A DNA stretch of 64,000 nt from Longimicrobiales bacterium. Lineage in GTDB: Bacteria; Gemmatimonadota; Gemmatimonadetes; Longimicrobiales; Gaopeijiaceae. The DNA lies in contig CBDDCX010000008.1 of the NCBI GenBank assembly GCA_965226375.1, positions 672,001-736,000 of the forward strand, given 5' to 3'. Of the stretch, positions 21,356 to 30,362 are shown piece after piece. Within the stretch, counting starts at the first letter, position 1. Each line of letters begins with the position of its first letter. The position numbers and the translations under genes are program-made. The notes below the pieces were generated by a model that saw nothing but the letters and a program-made list of their open reading frames with translations, was not told where the DNA came from and made no database searches.

Positions 21356-23149
21356 ATGCGTCCCGCCAAGATCGCACTTCCTGAGGTATCCCACCTTCCT
21401 TCAGATGCCGCCGAGCGGCTCATCCAGCGTTCCGATGGCGAGCCCGAGCGTTCCGATGTCTCACCCGAGCGTGCCGATGTCTCAGCCCAGCGTGCCGATT
21501 GCGCACCCCAGCCGTCCGATGGTGCGCCCGATCAACACCGCGTCCCGACGCCCGGCGGGCCCAATCTCGCCACTTCCGTCTGTGTCGCGTCCGGTGCCGG
21601 GGCGTTGGGCCGGACCACATGCCTGTGTGAGGCCTGCCGGGCTGCCGCGGCAGCGGACGACTCGTTCGAGGTCCTCACCGAACTCGCCGATGAGATCACC
21701 ACCCTCGCAGCGAACATCCACGCGGCCGAATACCGGTTCATCACCCTGATTGCCGAGTTCGACCGGCTCGAGGGCTGGCAGCCTGAGGGCCACCGATCCT
21801 GCGCACACTGGCTCGCTTTTTATACAGGCATCCACCTGGGTGCAGCTCGCGAAAGGGTACGTGCCGCACGAGCCTTGGTGGGCCTCCCGCATATCAGCGC
21901 GTCGATGGAGAAGGGCGAGCTGTCCTTCGCCAAGGTGCGGGCGCTCACGCGTGTCGCCACGCCCGAGAGTGAAGGCGAGCTGATCGAGCTCGCCCGCGAC
22001 AGCACCGCGGCTCAGCTAGAGCGGACCGTCAGGGCTTGGCGTCGACTCAGCCGGTACGACGAGGCGGAGCTGGAGAGGATGCGGCATCGTTCTCGCTACC
22101 TCTCGGTCCTTCCCGACGAGGAGGGCATGTACCTCGTGCGCGGCCGGCTGGATCCTGAGGTGGGGGCGATGCTCATGCGAGCGCTCGAGGCCGCGGGCGA
22201 CGCTCTCTTTCGAAAGGAAACGGCCGAAGAGATCGAGCCTATGCACCGGCGAGCGGATGCCATGGGGCTCCTGGCCGAGCGCGCGCTGGCGGTGGGGTTC
22301 GGAGACGGGGCAGGGGCGGCAGGTGAGGAAGCGGAGGCTGCGGAGGCAGCGAAGGCAGTGGAGGATGTGGAGGATGTGGAGGATGTGGAGCCGGCGGAGG
22401 CAGCGGAGGATGTGGAGCCGGAGGCGGCGGATCGGGAGGAGGCGCGCCCCACCCCACTCTCCGGCAGCCGAGCCGAGCGCTATCAGGTGGTCCTGTACGT
22501 CGATCCTCCCACGCTCGAACGTGAGAAGCACACGAGGAGAGAAGGTGGTCCAAGAGGAAGCGGGCCAGGAGAACGCAGTCCAGGAAATAACAGCGAGCCG
22601 GGACGTTCGGAGCTGGAGGACGGCACACGCGTTTCCGCGGAAACGTCTCGGAGGCTCTCGTGCGATGCTAGTGTGGTCCGGATCACTGAGGCCCCGGACT
22701 TGTCAGCGCCTCGAGGAAGGCGGGTGCTCGATGTCGACGCCCCTCACGGAAGGGGGGTGCCCGACGTCGCCGCCCCCCACGGAAGACGGGTGCCCGACGT
22801 CGCCTCCCCTCACGGAAGGCGGGTGCTCGACGTCGGCCGGAAGGCGCGTACGATCCCGCCTTCGCTCAGACGGGCGCTCGAGTCCCGGGACCGCGGATGT
22901 CGCTTCCCGGGCTGTGGCCTGCGCTTCACCGACGCCCATCACATCGAGCACTGGGCGGACGGCGGCGAAACCAAGCTGCGGAACCTCGTTCTGCTGTGCC
23001 GATTCCATCACCGCCTGGTACACGAGGAGGGCTACACAGTCCATTTCCCTCACGGGGAGCGGTTCTACTTTCTCAATCCGAGGATGAGGTTGATCCCGGA
23101 TCGGCCACCGGCGACCGGTCCGGCATCTCCCGGACTCTCTCCTTGGTAG
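21356..23149 (+). CDS. DUF222 domain + HNH endonuclease (13E12-repeat-like)
   Basis: SCAHWL, GELSFAKVRALTR, CDA, RDRGCRFPGC...HHIEHWADGG...NLVLLCRFHH; true start uncertain. Confidence 0.85.
   Translation: MRPAKIALPEVSHLPSDAAERLIQRSDGEPERSDVSPERADVSAQRADCAPQPSDGAPDQHRVPTPGGPNLATSVCVASGAGALGRTTCLCEACRAAAAADDSFEVLTELADEITTLAANIHAAEYRFITLIAEFDRLEGWQPEGHRSCAHWLAFYTGIHLGAARERVRAARALVGLPHISASMEKGELSFAKVRALTRVATPESEGELIELARDSTAAQLERTVRAWRRLSRYDEAELERMRHRSRYLSVLPDEEGMYLVRGRLDPEVGAMLMRALEAAGDALFRKETAEEIEPMHRRADAMGLLAERALAVGFGDGAGAAGEEAEAAEAAKAVEDVEDVEDVEPAEAAEDVEPEAADREEARPTPLSGSRAERYQVVLYVDPPTLEREKHTRREGGPRGSGPGERSPGNNSEPGRSELEDGTRVSAETSRRLSCDASVVRITEAPDLSAPRGRRVLDVDAPHGRGVPDVAAPHGRRVPDVASPHGRRVLDVGRKARTIPPSLRRALESRDRGCRFPGCGLRFTDAHHIEHWADGGETKLRNLVLLCRFHHRLVHEEGYTVHFPHGERFYFLNPRMRLIPDRPPATGPASPGLSPW
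21425..21529 (+). repeat. Five degenerate 21-bp tandem repeats
   Basis: Units such as GAGCGTTCCGATGTCTCACCC and GAGCGTGCCGATGTCTCAGCC. Confidence 0.85.
22325..22430 (+). repeat. 9-bp tandem repeats (GAGGATGTG-like) encoding an acidic linker
   Basis: EAAEAAKAVEDVEDVEDVEPAEAAEDVE. Confidence 0.8.
22709..22835 (+). repeat. About four 33-bp tandem repeats encoding PHGRRV(L/P)DV
   Basis: Units starting at 22709, 22742, 22775 and 22808. Confidence 0.85.
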
Positions 23150-23171
23150 TCACGCGATCCACCACTTGTCG

Positions 23172-23732
23172 CTAAGAGCGAGCCCGGTCACGAGCCACGG
23201 CCCATTGCTCTCCGAGATCCAACTCTCCGACCCATCTCTCGATGCTGTCGATGTCCAAGGCGCTCCCCTGCACCCTCAGGATCTCAACTACATCTCTGAT
23301 CTGGCGATCCGAGTCGCTCAGCTTGGCCCACTCGAGCTTGGCCACGACCATGTCCTCAGCTCGTGCGATGGCGAGGTCCAAGCCTATGAACGTGATGGTC
23401 TGCCGAGCGTCGAACTCTTGGCGGCTAAAGTCCCTCTCCCTGCGTAGGATGAAGTCGATCTTCCAGCCTGACGCCGGGTCGATCGCGTTGAAGAGGCCCC
23501 GAGATACAACGGCCTCGTGTATCGCGGTCTCACTGACATACAGACCTTCGGCCTCCAGCTTCCCCGCCAACCGTATCAGAGCAGGGGCCTCGGCCTCGAC
23601 CACGAGGTCAACGTCTTGTGTGGCCCGAGGGGCTCCGTGGAAGGAACTGGCGAGGGACCCCGTGAGCATGTACGGAATCCCGATCTCATCGAGGGACCCG
23701 ACCACCAGACCCAAAAGCTGCTCGAGCTTCAA
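23172..23732 (-). CDS. Nucleotidyltransferase-fold protein (putative toxin)
   Basis: YMLTGSLA...PRATQDVDL (GS + DxD) and AEDMVVAKL motifs. Confidence 0.75.
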   Translation of the reverse strand: MKLEQLLGLVVGSLDEIGIPYMLTGSLASSFHGAPRATQDVDLVVEAEAPALIRLAGKLEAEGLYVSETAIHEAVVSRGLFNAIDPASGWKIDFILRRERDFSRQEFDARQTITFIGLDLAIARAEDMVVAKLEWAKLSDSDRQIRDVVEILRVQGSALDIDSIERWVGELDLGEQWAVARDRARS

Positions 23733-23944
23733 CGGTCCCCAGACCCACGGGAGGTTGAGGAATCCGGCGCGGGAGTCTCCTCGGCGTCGTTCGACCCTGC
23801 GGCGCGCGCGGCGGCCCCGGCGGCGCTGAAGTCAGCCACGAACTGACTGAGGTCCAGGGCTTGTTGGAGCCGTTCGGCACCGCTCAACCCAGCTAGAGCA
23901 TTGCGTCGGGCTTCAGCGGCGTCACGCGTCGTATCGAGAGTCAT
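23729..23944 (-). CDS. Small helical partner of the nucleotidyltransferase (putative antitoxin)
   Basis: MTLDT...LSGAERLQQALDLS; 4-bp overlap with the downstream gene. Confidence 0.55.
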   Translation of the reverse strand: MTLDTTRDAAEARRNALAGLSGAERLQQALDLSQFVADFSAAGAAARAAGSNDAEETPAPDSSTSRGSGDR

Positions 23945-23999
23945 GATTCAATCTATACGCCAGCTACCAACGGGGAATCTTGGTCACTCGGACGCGCCC

Positions 24000-24261
24000 C
24001 TAATTTCCCTCTCCCAACGCCGCGCGAAGCTCGGTGAACCAGTTCGTCACGATCAGGTGCGGTGGTCTCGATCTCGGCCAGGAATGGCTCAGCGCCTACA
24101 ACCGCCGCCAACTCGGGCTTCAGGACCTTGAGGGCGACGTTGCGGTTGTGCTTGAGGTCCTTGGCGAGAAAGACGGTGGCCATGCCGCCTTCGCCCAACT
24201 CGCGTACGATGGCGTAGCGGCCTTCAAGGGCCGCGTTCAGGCGGGTGGCTGGGTCGGACAT
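24000..24261 (-). pseudogene. Miniature Ser/Thr kinase relic (N-terminal ~68 codons joined to the extreme C-terminus)
   Basis: MSDPATRLNAALEGRY...FLAEIETTA followed, in another frame, by LIVTNWFTELRAALGEGN*. Confidence 0.8.
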
Positions 24262-24551
24262 GCCGGGAAAATGGGCCGTGCATAGGTCAGGTGACAAGCG
24301 TGACGGCTTCCGGTCGTACTTATCCCTCGCGGGATTCCAGGGAGTAGCCCTGACATGTGGATGCCTAGAGGGGCCTGAGACGTATGGGCCTCCCCGCTCC
24401 CCTTCGGCGCTTGGAGAGCCGCCAGCGGTTGGGCCGATCTGGGATTGGAGCAGCAGGCGGACCCGGCCTAGGAGGCTTTCAGACGCCGGTGGAGACGGGC
24501 TAGCGGCCGTGATGCGGTTTCCGCTCTTCCTCGGGTATCATTTCTGGCTCG

Positions 24552-24580
24552 TAGACATCATGATGTACTGATGCTATGAT
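24552..24580 (+). promoter_or_regulatory. sigma70 promoter TAGACA-17-(TGn)TATGAT with palindromic operator ACATCATGATGT
   Basis: -10 ends 5 nt before ATG 24586 (leaderless); perfect 12-bp palindrome at 24555-24566. Confidence 0.7.
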
Positions 24581-24585
24581 GCGTC

Positions 24586-24810
24586 ATGCGAACCACCCTG
24601 AATCTGGACGACGAATTGCTGCGCGCCGTGCGCTCCCTCGCCAAGGAGCGGGACGAAAGCCTCGGAGCCGTTGTTTCGTCGCTTCTCCGCCAGGCCCTCA
24701 GGCCCGAACGCGAGTTGGGCTACGAGCAGGATGTGCCGGTCTTCATGGTGAGGGAGAACGCGCCGCCGATCACCCCGGAAATGGTGGAGCAGGCGCTGGA
24801 GGATCTCTGA
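24586..24810 (+). CDS. vapB: VapB-type ribbon-helix-helix antitoxin
   Basis: MRTTLNLDDELL...SLGAVVS; ITPEMV. Confidence 0.85.
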   Translation: MRTTLNLDDELLRAVRSLAKERDESLGAVVSSLLRQALRPERELGYEQDVPVFMVRENAPPITPEMVEQALEDL

Positions 24811-25235
24811 CAGCCCTCTTGGACGTCAACGTGCTCGTGGCATTGGCCTGGCCGAACCACATTCACCACCGCCGTGCCGTTGCCTGGTTCGTTTCGGTCC
24901 GATCCGAAGGTTGGGCCACATGCCCCACCACCGAGTCCGGATTCGTCCGGGTGTCCTCGAATACACGTGCGATCCCCGATGCGCGCACGCCGAGCGAAGC
25001 GATTGGGCTCCTGACGCAGCTCAAGGGGTCAGGACAGCATCACTTCTGGGAGGACCCGGTAACGCTCACATCAGACCCCTTCGGCGTCTTCGCTCGCGTG
25101 GTGGGGCACCGGCAGGTGACGGATGCGCACCTGCTCACGCTCGCGCTCCATCACTGCGGATGCTTCGCGACATTCGATCGGGGGCTACAGGAGTTGGCGG
25201 GATCTCACCGGGAGAGTGTGGTGCTGATCGGCTGA
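24807..25235 (+). CDS. vapC: VapC PIN-domain toxin (CTG start)
   Basis: LLDVNVLVAL, TESGFVR, QVTDAHLL and ATFD motifs. Confidence 0.88.
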   Translation: MTALLDVNVLVALAWPNHIHHRRAVAWFVSVRSEGWATCPTTESGFVRVSSNTRAIPDARTPSEAIGLLTQLKGSGQHHFWEDPVTLTSDPFGVFARVVGHRQVTDAHLLTLALHHCGCFATFDRGLQELAGSHRESVVLIG

Positions 25236-25278
25236 CCAGTGGTCTTCGCGCAGCCCAGGCGGGTGACGAAATCAGACA

Positions 25279-25561
25279 TCAGTTCGGCACCAGGCGCTTC
25301 AACTCCTCAGAAAATTTGGTGACAACAATTAGCTGCTGTTGCTGGTCGCCGACATCCTGTCGGACCATGAGGAACCGCCCGTCGAGGGCTACGTCGTAGG
25401 ATTGATCGCCTGCTGGGTGGGTGACGAAGTCTCCCTCGAAGAGCATTTCCGGGCGCCCAACGGAAAAGGCGCCTTCGGTCGTCACCTCGACTGCCGAGCT
25501 CGCGCTCGATGGTGTAGCGGCCGGAAAGGGCGGCGTTCAGGCGGGTGACGGGATCGGACCT
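25279..25561 (-). pseudogene. Miniature Ser/Thr kinase-TolB relic (start mutated to AGG; N-terminus joined to C-terminus)
   Basis: SDPVTRLNAALSGRYTIERELG, then FSVGRPEMLF...YDVALDGRFLMV...LIVVTKFSEELKRLVPN*. Confidence 0.8.
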
Positions 25562-25683
25562 GGCCGCAAGATGCGGCTAGGGTGTGTTATGCCACAAGGA
25601 AGGCCCGGAGTGGTGATGCCATGCGTTGAAGCGCCGTCCGCCGTAAGACGCCTATTAGTCGGTAACCCGGACCGACGGTTCTC

Positions 25684-26904
25684 TCACCCGTCGCCCCCGT
25701 ACCAGATCCGGAAGATCCGCCCCCCCGCGTCGTCGGAGACCAGCAGTGATCCGTCCGCGGACTGAAGTACGTCGACCGGGCGACCCCACACCTCCTTGTC
25801 CTCCTCGTCGCTGACGATGAATCCGGTCAGAAAGTCCTCCGGGGGGCCGGTCGGCCGTCCATTCTCGAAGGGGATGCGCACGAGCGAATACCCTTTGAGA
25901 TCGAGGCGGTTGATGGACCCGTGCAGCGCCACGAACGCACTGTTTCGGTACGCTTCGGGAAACCGGTCGCCCGTGTAGAAGGCCAAGCCCATCGGAGCAG
26001 CGTGGGCGGGGAGGAGTACGTCGGGAACGATCGTCCGCTCGACCAGATCCATCCGCGCTCCGTTGAGGATCGGCTCGGGGTTTGGACCGATATAGGCATA
26101 CGGCCAGCCGTAGAAGCCGCCGTCCACGACCGAGGTGACGTAGTCGGGCGCGAGGTCGTCCCCGAGGTGGTCTCGCTCGTGCACTGCGGTCCACAGGGTT
26201 CCAGATCCCGGGTAAAGTGCCAAGGGCACTGGGTTACGCAGGCCTCCGGCGAACACCCGATGTCCCGATCCGTCCGCATTGTATTCGTTGATCGCGGCCC
26301 GCCGGGGGTCGGTGCCGGGCATGGCGTTCGTCGCGGAGCCGACCGCGACGTACATCTTTCGGCCGTCCGGGCCGAAGATCAGGTTGCGCGTCCAGTGGTT
26401 GAAGCCACGTGTCCTGGCTAGGTCGATGCCGAGGCGCTCGGCCGTGTCGGTATCGAGCGCGTCGCTGCTGACGGGGAGGTCGACGACGTGCTCGGGCGAT
26501 CCTTCCGCCCGCAGTTGACCCGGGACGTACTCGAAGCGCACGACGGCATCGTTGTTCCCGACGTACAGGTATCCGTCTCGGAACGCCAAGCCGAACGGTC
26601 GCTCCAGGTCCGTGGCGAATGTCTCGCGGAGGTCAGCTACGCCGTCGCCTTGTGCGTCTCGGAGGATCACGATCTCGCCGGAGCCGCTCGAGGCGACGAA
26701 GATGTCCCCGTTCGGGGCGAGCGCCATTCGGCGCGGGCTCGAAATCCCGTCGGCGAACACGTTCACCTCGAACCCTTCCGGAACGGACAACCGGACGCCG
26801 TCCGGCTGCTCGACAATCTGTGGAATGGCGCGGTTCCACGGGGTCTCGAAGGGCTCGGGCAGCTGCTGGGGGGCCAGGACCAACATCAACGCGATGGCAG
26901 ACAT
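25684..26904 (-). CDS. Glucose/L-sorbosone dehydrogenase family (PQQ-dependent beta-propeller)
   Basis: VPEGFEVNVFA, HWTR, GLRNP, GGFYGWPY and GRPVDV motifs; GAGGAG RBS. Confidence 0.88.
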   Translation of the reverse strand: MSAIALMLVLAPQQLPEPFETPWNRAIPQIVEQPDGVRLSVPEGFEVNVFADGISSPRRMALAPNGDIFVASSGSGEIVILRDAQGDGVADLRETFATDLERPFGLAFRDGYLYVGNNDAVVRFEYVPGQLRAEGSPEHVVDLPVSSDALDTDTAERLGIDLARTRGFNHWTRNLIFGPDGRKMYVAVGSATNAMPGTDPRRAAINEYNADGSGHRVFAGGLRNPVPLALYPGSGTLWTAVHERDHLGDDLAPDYVTSVVDGGFYGWPYAYIGPNPEPILNGARMDLVERTIVPDVLLPAHAAPMGLAFYTGDRFPEAYRNSAFVALHGSINRLDLKGYSLVRIPFENGRPTGPPEDFLTGFIVSDEEDKEVWGRPVDVLQSADGSLLVSDDAGGRIFRIWYGGDG

Positions 26905-27098
26905 GTGTCACGACTCCTCTCATGCCCCCCGCTGTTTCATCGGGAGGCCGCTGGCCGCAAAATGCGGCTAGGGTGCGCCCCCCCACAAGTCTGGTTCGCC
27001 ATTCCTGTGGCTGATGGACGCGCCTTGCCAGATATCGGTCTGGCCCCCGGCTTCCGTCGTCTGGCCCCGGGACGCCGAATCTCAGACGGGCCTATCGA

Positions 27099-28405
27099 TC
27101 ACTCCGCCTTCAGCGTCTCCAGCGGATCCGTTCTGGACGCCCTCACCGCGGGCACCCAGGAGGCGAGCACCGTCGTCCCCAGCAGGACCATGGCAGAAAC
27201 CCCAAGGGACACCGGATCCTGCGCGGTCACGCCGAACAGGAAACTCTCCAGAAGGCGACCCGCGCCCCAGGCGGCGAACCCTCCGACGCCAACCCCTAGT
27301 ACAGCCATTGTCAGGCCCCGGCGCACCACCTCGCGCTGGATACGGGCGCCTCCCGCACCTAGGGCCAGACGGATGCCGAGTTCTCGACGGCGCTCCCCGA
27401 CGGCGAAGAGGAGCGTGCCGTAGAGCCCGCCCGCGGCCAGAAGGAGCGCTATGACTCCGAACGCGGCGAGAGCGCCGAGCCGAACCGCCTCGTGGCTGAG
27501 GACTCGTCGACCCACTGCGTCATGAGCGCAACCTCCGGCACGGGCAACTCCGCTTCGACCGCCCAGACGGCTTCGCGAATCTGGCGCACCAGGCCCTCGG
27601 CATTGCCGGCGGTCCTCAGCCCGAACACGGCACGGTCGATGGGGAACGGCAATGCCTCCACCGGCATGTAGACTCCATTCTCGTGGGACTGGTCCAGGCC
27701 GTAGTACAGGGTGGGCTCGGCTACGCCCTGGATGAACCCGCTCACGCTTCCGTCCCCGAACTCCCTGCCCAGAGCCGCGTCGGCCGACCCGTGGATACGT
27801 ACGGCCAATTGTTCGCTGATCACTAGTGGTGTGGGCTCATTCGCAGCATCGAGCGAAGACCATCCGCTCCCGGCGACCAGCCGAGTCCCGTACGTCTCGA
27901 AGAATCCATCTGAGACCGGATGGACGGACGCCCGTACCATCTCGGTTTCCGCTTGGTGGAGTGCTACATCGGTGCTCCAACAGCACTGGTCTCCGCCGGT
28001 CCATTCGAAGGGCGCTTCGATTCCGTAGCTGACCGAGGTCACTCCCGGTATCAGCGCGAGGGAACGCTCGATGGCGTCCATTCGGCGTGAATAGTCCTCC
28101 GGGGTCTCGATTCCGGTGGGATTCAGTTGGAGGACCCATACATTTTCGGCTTCGAAACCCGAATCCTGGTTGGTGACTTCCATGAAGCTGCGCATGAGCA
28201 AGCCGGCGAGTGTCACCAATACCAGCGAGAGAGCCACTTCTCCGACGACCAGTCCGCCTCGGACCAGATTGAGTCCTCGTCCACTGGAACTCCTCGGACT
28301 CGCTTGGCGTAGCGTGTCGTTGATATCCCGACCGATACTTTTCAGCGCCGGGAGCAATCCGAACGCCAACGACGTGAGTGATGCGAGTGCGATGGCGAAC
28401 GCGGC
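27099..28405 (-). pseudogene. ADOP/FtsX-MacB-type ABC permease, C-terminal half; 5' truncated and frameshifted near 27470
   Basis: LVVGEVALSLVL, RRRELGIRLALGA and PAVRASRTDPLETLKAE motifs. Confidence 0.85.
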
Positions 28406-28765
28406 CACGCGGCCGCGTTTCTTCGACAGGGCCTTCAGCGACCCGCTATGCGCCGCCTTGCGCCACGTCGTCAGGTGCGACGAGTACAGGCCCTCTCGCC
28501 GCAGGACTTGACCCACCTCGCCGGGCTCGGTGCACCGGTCCGCTTCTTCGACGATCCGCAGCTTGTACGACGGACTGAACCGCCGCCGTAGCGGCCTATC
28601 TACTACCTCCGGGTCCGCAGGAGCTGCCGCGCTTCGCTTGGCCTCCCCGGTTCCAGGGGCACTACCATTCTCTGCCATTCTCTCTCGCAGTCCCAAAATG
28701 TTCGTTTTCTCTGCCTTCGCCCTACTCTAATTCTTTGCGTGCTCCGTGTCTCACGTACGTTGGCA
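28406..28765 (-). mobile_element. IS3-family left-end fragment (IRL + partial OrfA)
   Basis: RRRFSPSYKLRIVEEADRC...LRREGLYSSHLTTWR HTH; putative IRL TGCCAACGTACGTGAGACA at 28765-28747; no OrfB. Confidence 0.75.
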
Positions 28766-28870
28766 GAGAGGGGTGAGCCTCAAAACCGCCTACCAGCAAG
28801 CAGACGCCGAGACTATGTTACGCGTCGTGTTGGAGGCGGGTGAACTCCGGGAAGTCCGTTGACTAGGCCG

Positions 28871-28894
28871 AACGTGCACACCAACGTGCACACC
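28871..28894 (+). repeat. Perfect 12-bp tandem AACGTGCACACC x2 (integrase arm-site-like)
   Basis: Seen directly, ending 63 bp upstream of tRNA-Thr. Confidence 0.6.
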
Positions 28895-28957
28895 CGCCCG
28901 TTCCGTCAAAACGGAAGAAGCCAGAAATGGCTTAGCAAAAGGAAGAAAGTACGTCTC

Positions 28958-29030
28958 GCTGGCGTAGCTCAGTTGGTAGAGCAGCTGCCTTGTAAGCAGC
29001 AGGTCATCGGTTCGAGTCCGATCGCCAGCT
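28958..29030 (+). tRNA. tRNA-Thr (UGU)
   Basis: GCTGGCG/CGCCAGC acceptor stem, CTGC CTTGTAA GCAG anticodon arm, GGTTCGAGTCC T loop. Confidence 0.95.
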
Positions 29031-29232
29031 TGTGGTAATGGATGATCCGGTAGGCGTTTAGCCGCTGCCGTGGATCCGTCCCGCGAGCCCCCCCAGAACA
29101 CATTGCATCCCGATTGCAGGGGCTTCTGCTTGCGCCTACTGGATCGCTCTCGGATGTTGACCGCAGTCTGATCCCGGAGTACGGGTCGTTGCTATGGCCC
29201 TGGGATTCATCTTTCGGACAGGGAGGTGAGAG

Positions 29233-29859
29233 ATGTCGCTCCGACGACATGCTCGTGCTCTCATGCTGCTCGGCCAACTGGCCGCCGTCCCACTCGCGGG
29301 CCAGGTGCGATCCTCGTCTTCCGTCGATTTGCCGGAACTTACGGCTACAACCGAGGCAATGGCGGCCAGGGTCGTAGACCTCACGCAGCAACTGCAACAA
29401 TTTTTGGAGTTGCGCAGGGAGATCGCTACGAGTCGCCCAATCCATCCAGGCGAGAAGGCCTCGGACGATGAGTTGGCGGCCCTCCGGGAGGCCTACGACA
29501 CCTGGCGGTCGCGACTTGTACGTGTCGCTGAACGCATCGCGGATGTACGAGAGCGCCTGTCGCAGGCCGAGGGTGAAATGTACGAACTCTCGGCGAGGCT
29601 CGGATCTACTACGGCTCGAGACGCAAAACAGCAGGAGTACGTGGACGCGCTCAGTGCGTACACTTCTGAGCTCCAACAGAGTGCGAGCGCCCTGCTTCTG
29701 GAATTGGATCTCGCAACCGGGGCCTCGACTCCCGCCGCCGATGCATCCTCTGCAGGAGCTGGGGCCATCTCGGATGAGCTGCAGGAAGCCCTCAAAGGCC
29801 TGATGGTAACAGCAGCCCAGCCGCCGTCCGGAGTAGGGGGGCCGGGCGGACGCCGTTGA
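29233..29859 (+). CDS. Hypothetical secreted coiled-coil protein
   Basis: GGAGG RBS, signal-like N-terminus, heptad-rich helices. Confidence 0.55.
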   Translation: MSLRRHARALMLLGQLAAVPLAGQVRSSSSVDLPELTATTEAMAARVVDLTQQLQQFLELRREIATSRPIHPGEKASDDELAALREAYDTWRSRLVRVAERIADVRERLSQAEGEMYELSARLGSTTARDAKQQEYVDALSAYTSELQQSASALLLELDLATGASTPAADASSAGAGAISDELQEALKGLMVTAAQPPSGVGGPGGRR

Positions 29860-30076
29860 CCTCGCGGTGACCCGTCTAAGCTACGAGAGCTTTCTGGCCT
29901 ACCCTGGATGTCCCTGATGCGGTGTCGGGATATCCCAACCTTTGGCATCCCCAGTCCTCCATACCACTAGCTGGAGTCTGATAATCTCCGGGCCCCCAGA
30001 CGGCTTCTGCTTGCGCTTCCCGACCTGCGGATAGGATGTTGAGCGGGTCTGATCCTCCGATGCTGAGGAACGAGCT

Positions 30077-30124
30077 ATGTCCGATTCAGTCTCCCGCCTG
30101 AATGCCGCACTAGAAGGTCGCTAC
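30077..30124 (+). pseudogene. Kinase N-terminal stub MSDSVSRLNAALEGRY
   Basis: 41/48 identical to 33878-33925. Confidence 0.75.
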
Positions 30125-30362
30125 GCCAGGCGGCCAAACTGAGGACGAAGGAGCAGCGCATGAGACTCTCCAGCCAATGGGGCGTATCGGTCACTAATAC
30201 CCGTGCGGGGACCCGTTCACCAGAGGCGTTGGCGCATGGCTCCTAACCTCCGCGCCTCCTTGCCGCCCTGGGACGTGACACGCATAATCGATTACGCGAC
30301 GGCCCTTGGGCCATGAGGCCCTCCGCCTGCTTCGGCCGCCGCGTCAGGAGGAGGGTGAATTT

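Noticed and set aside
21425..22835. Tandem repeats as a CRISPR array
   Set aside because: The repeats are contiguous, degenerate and in frame within a CDS, with no unique spacers and no cas genes.
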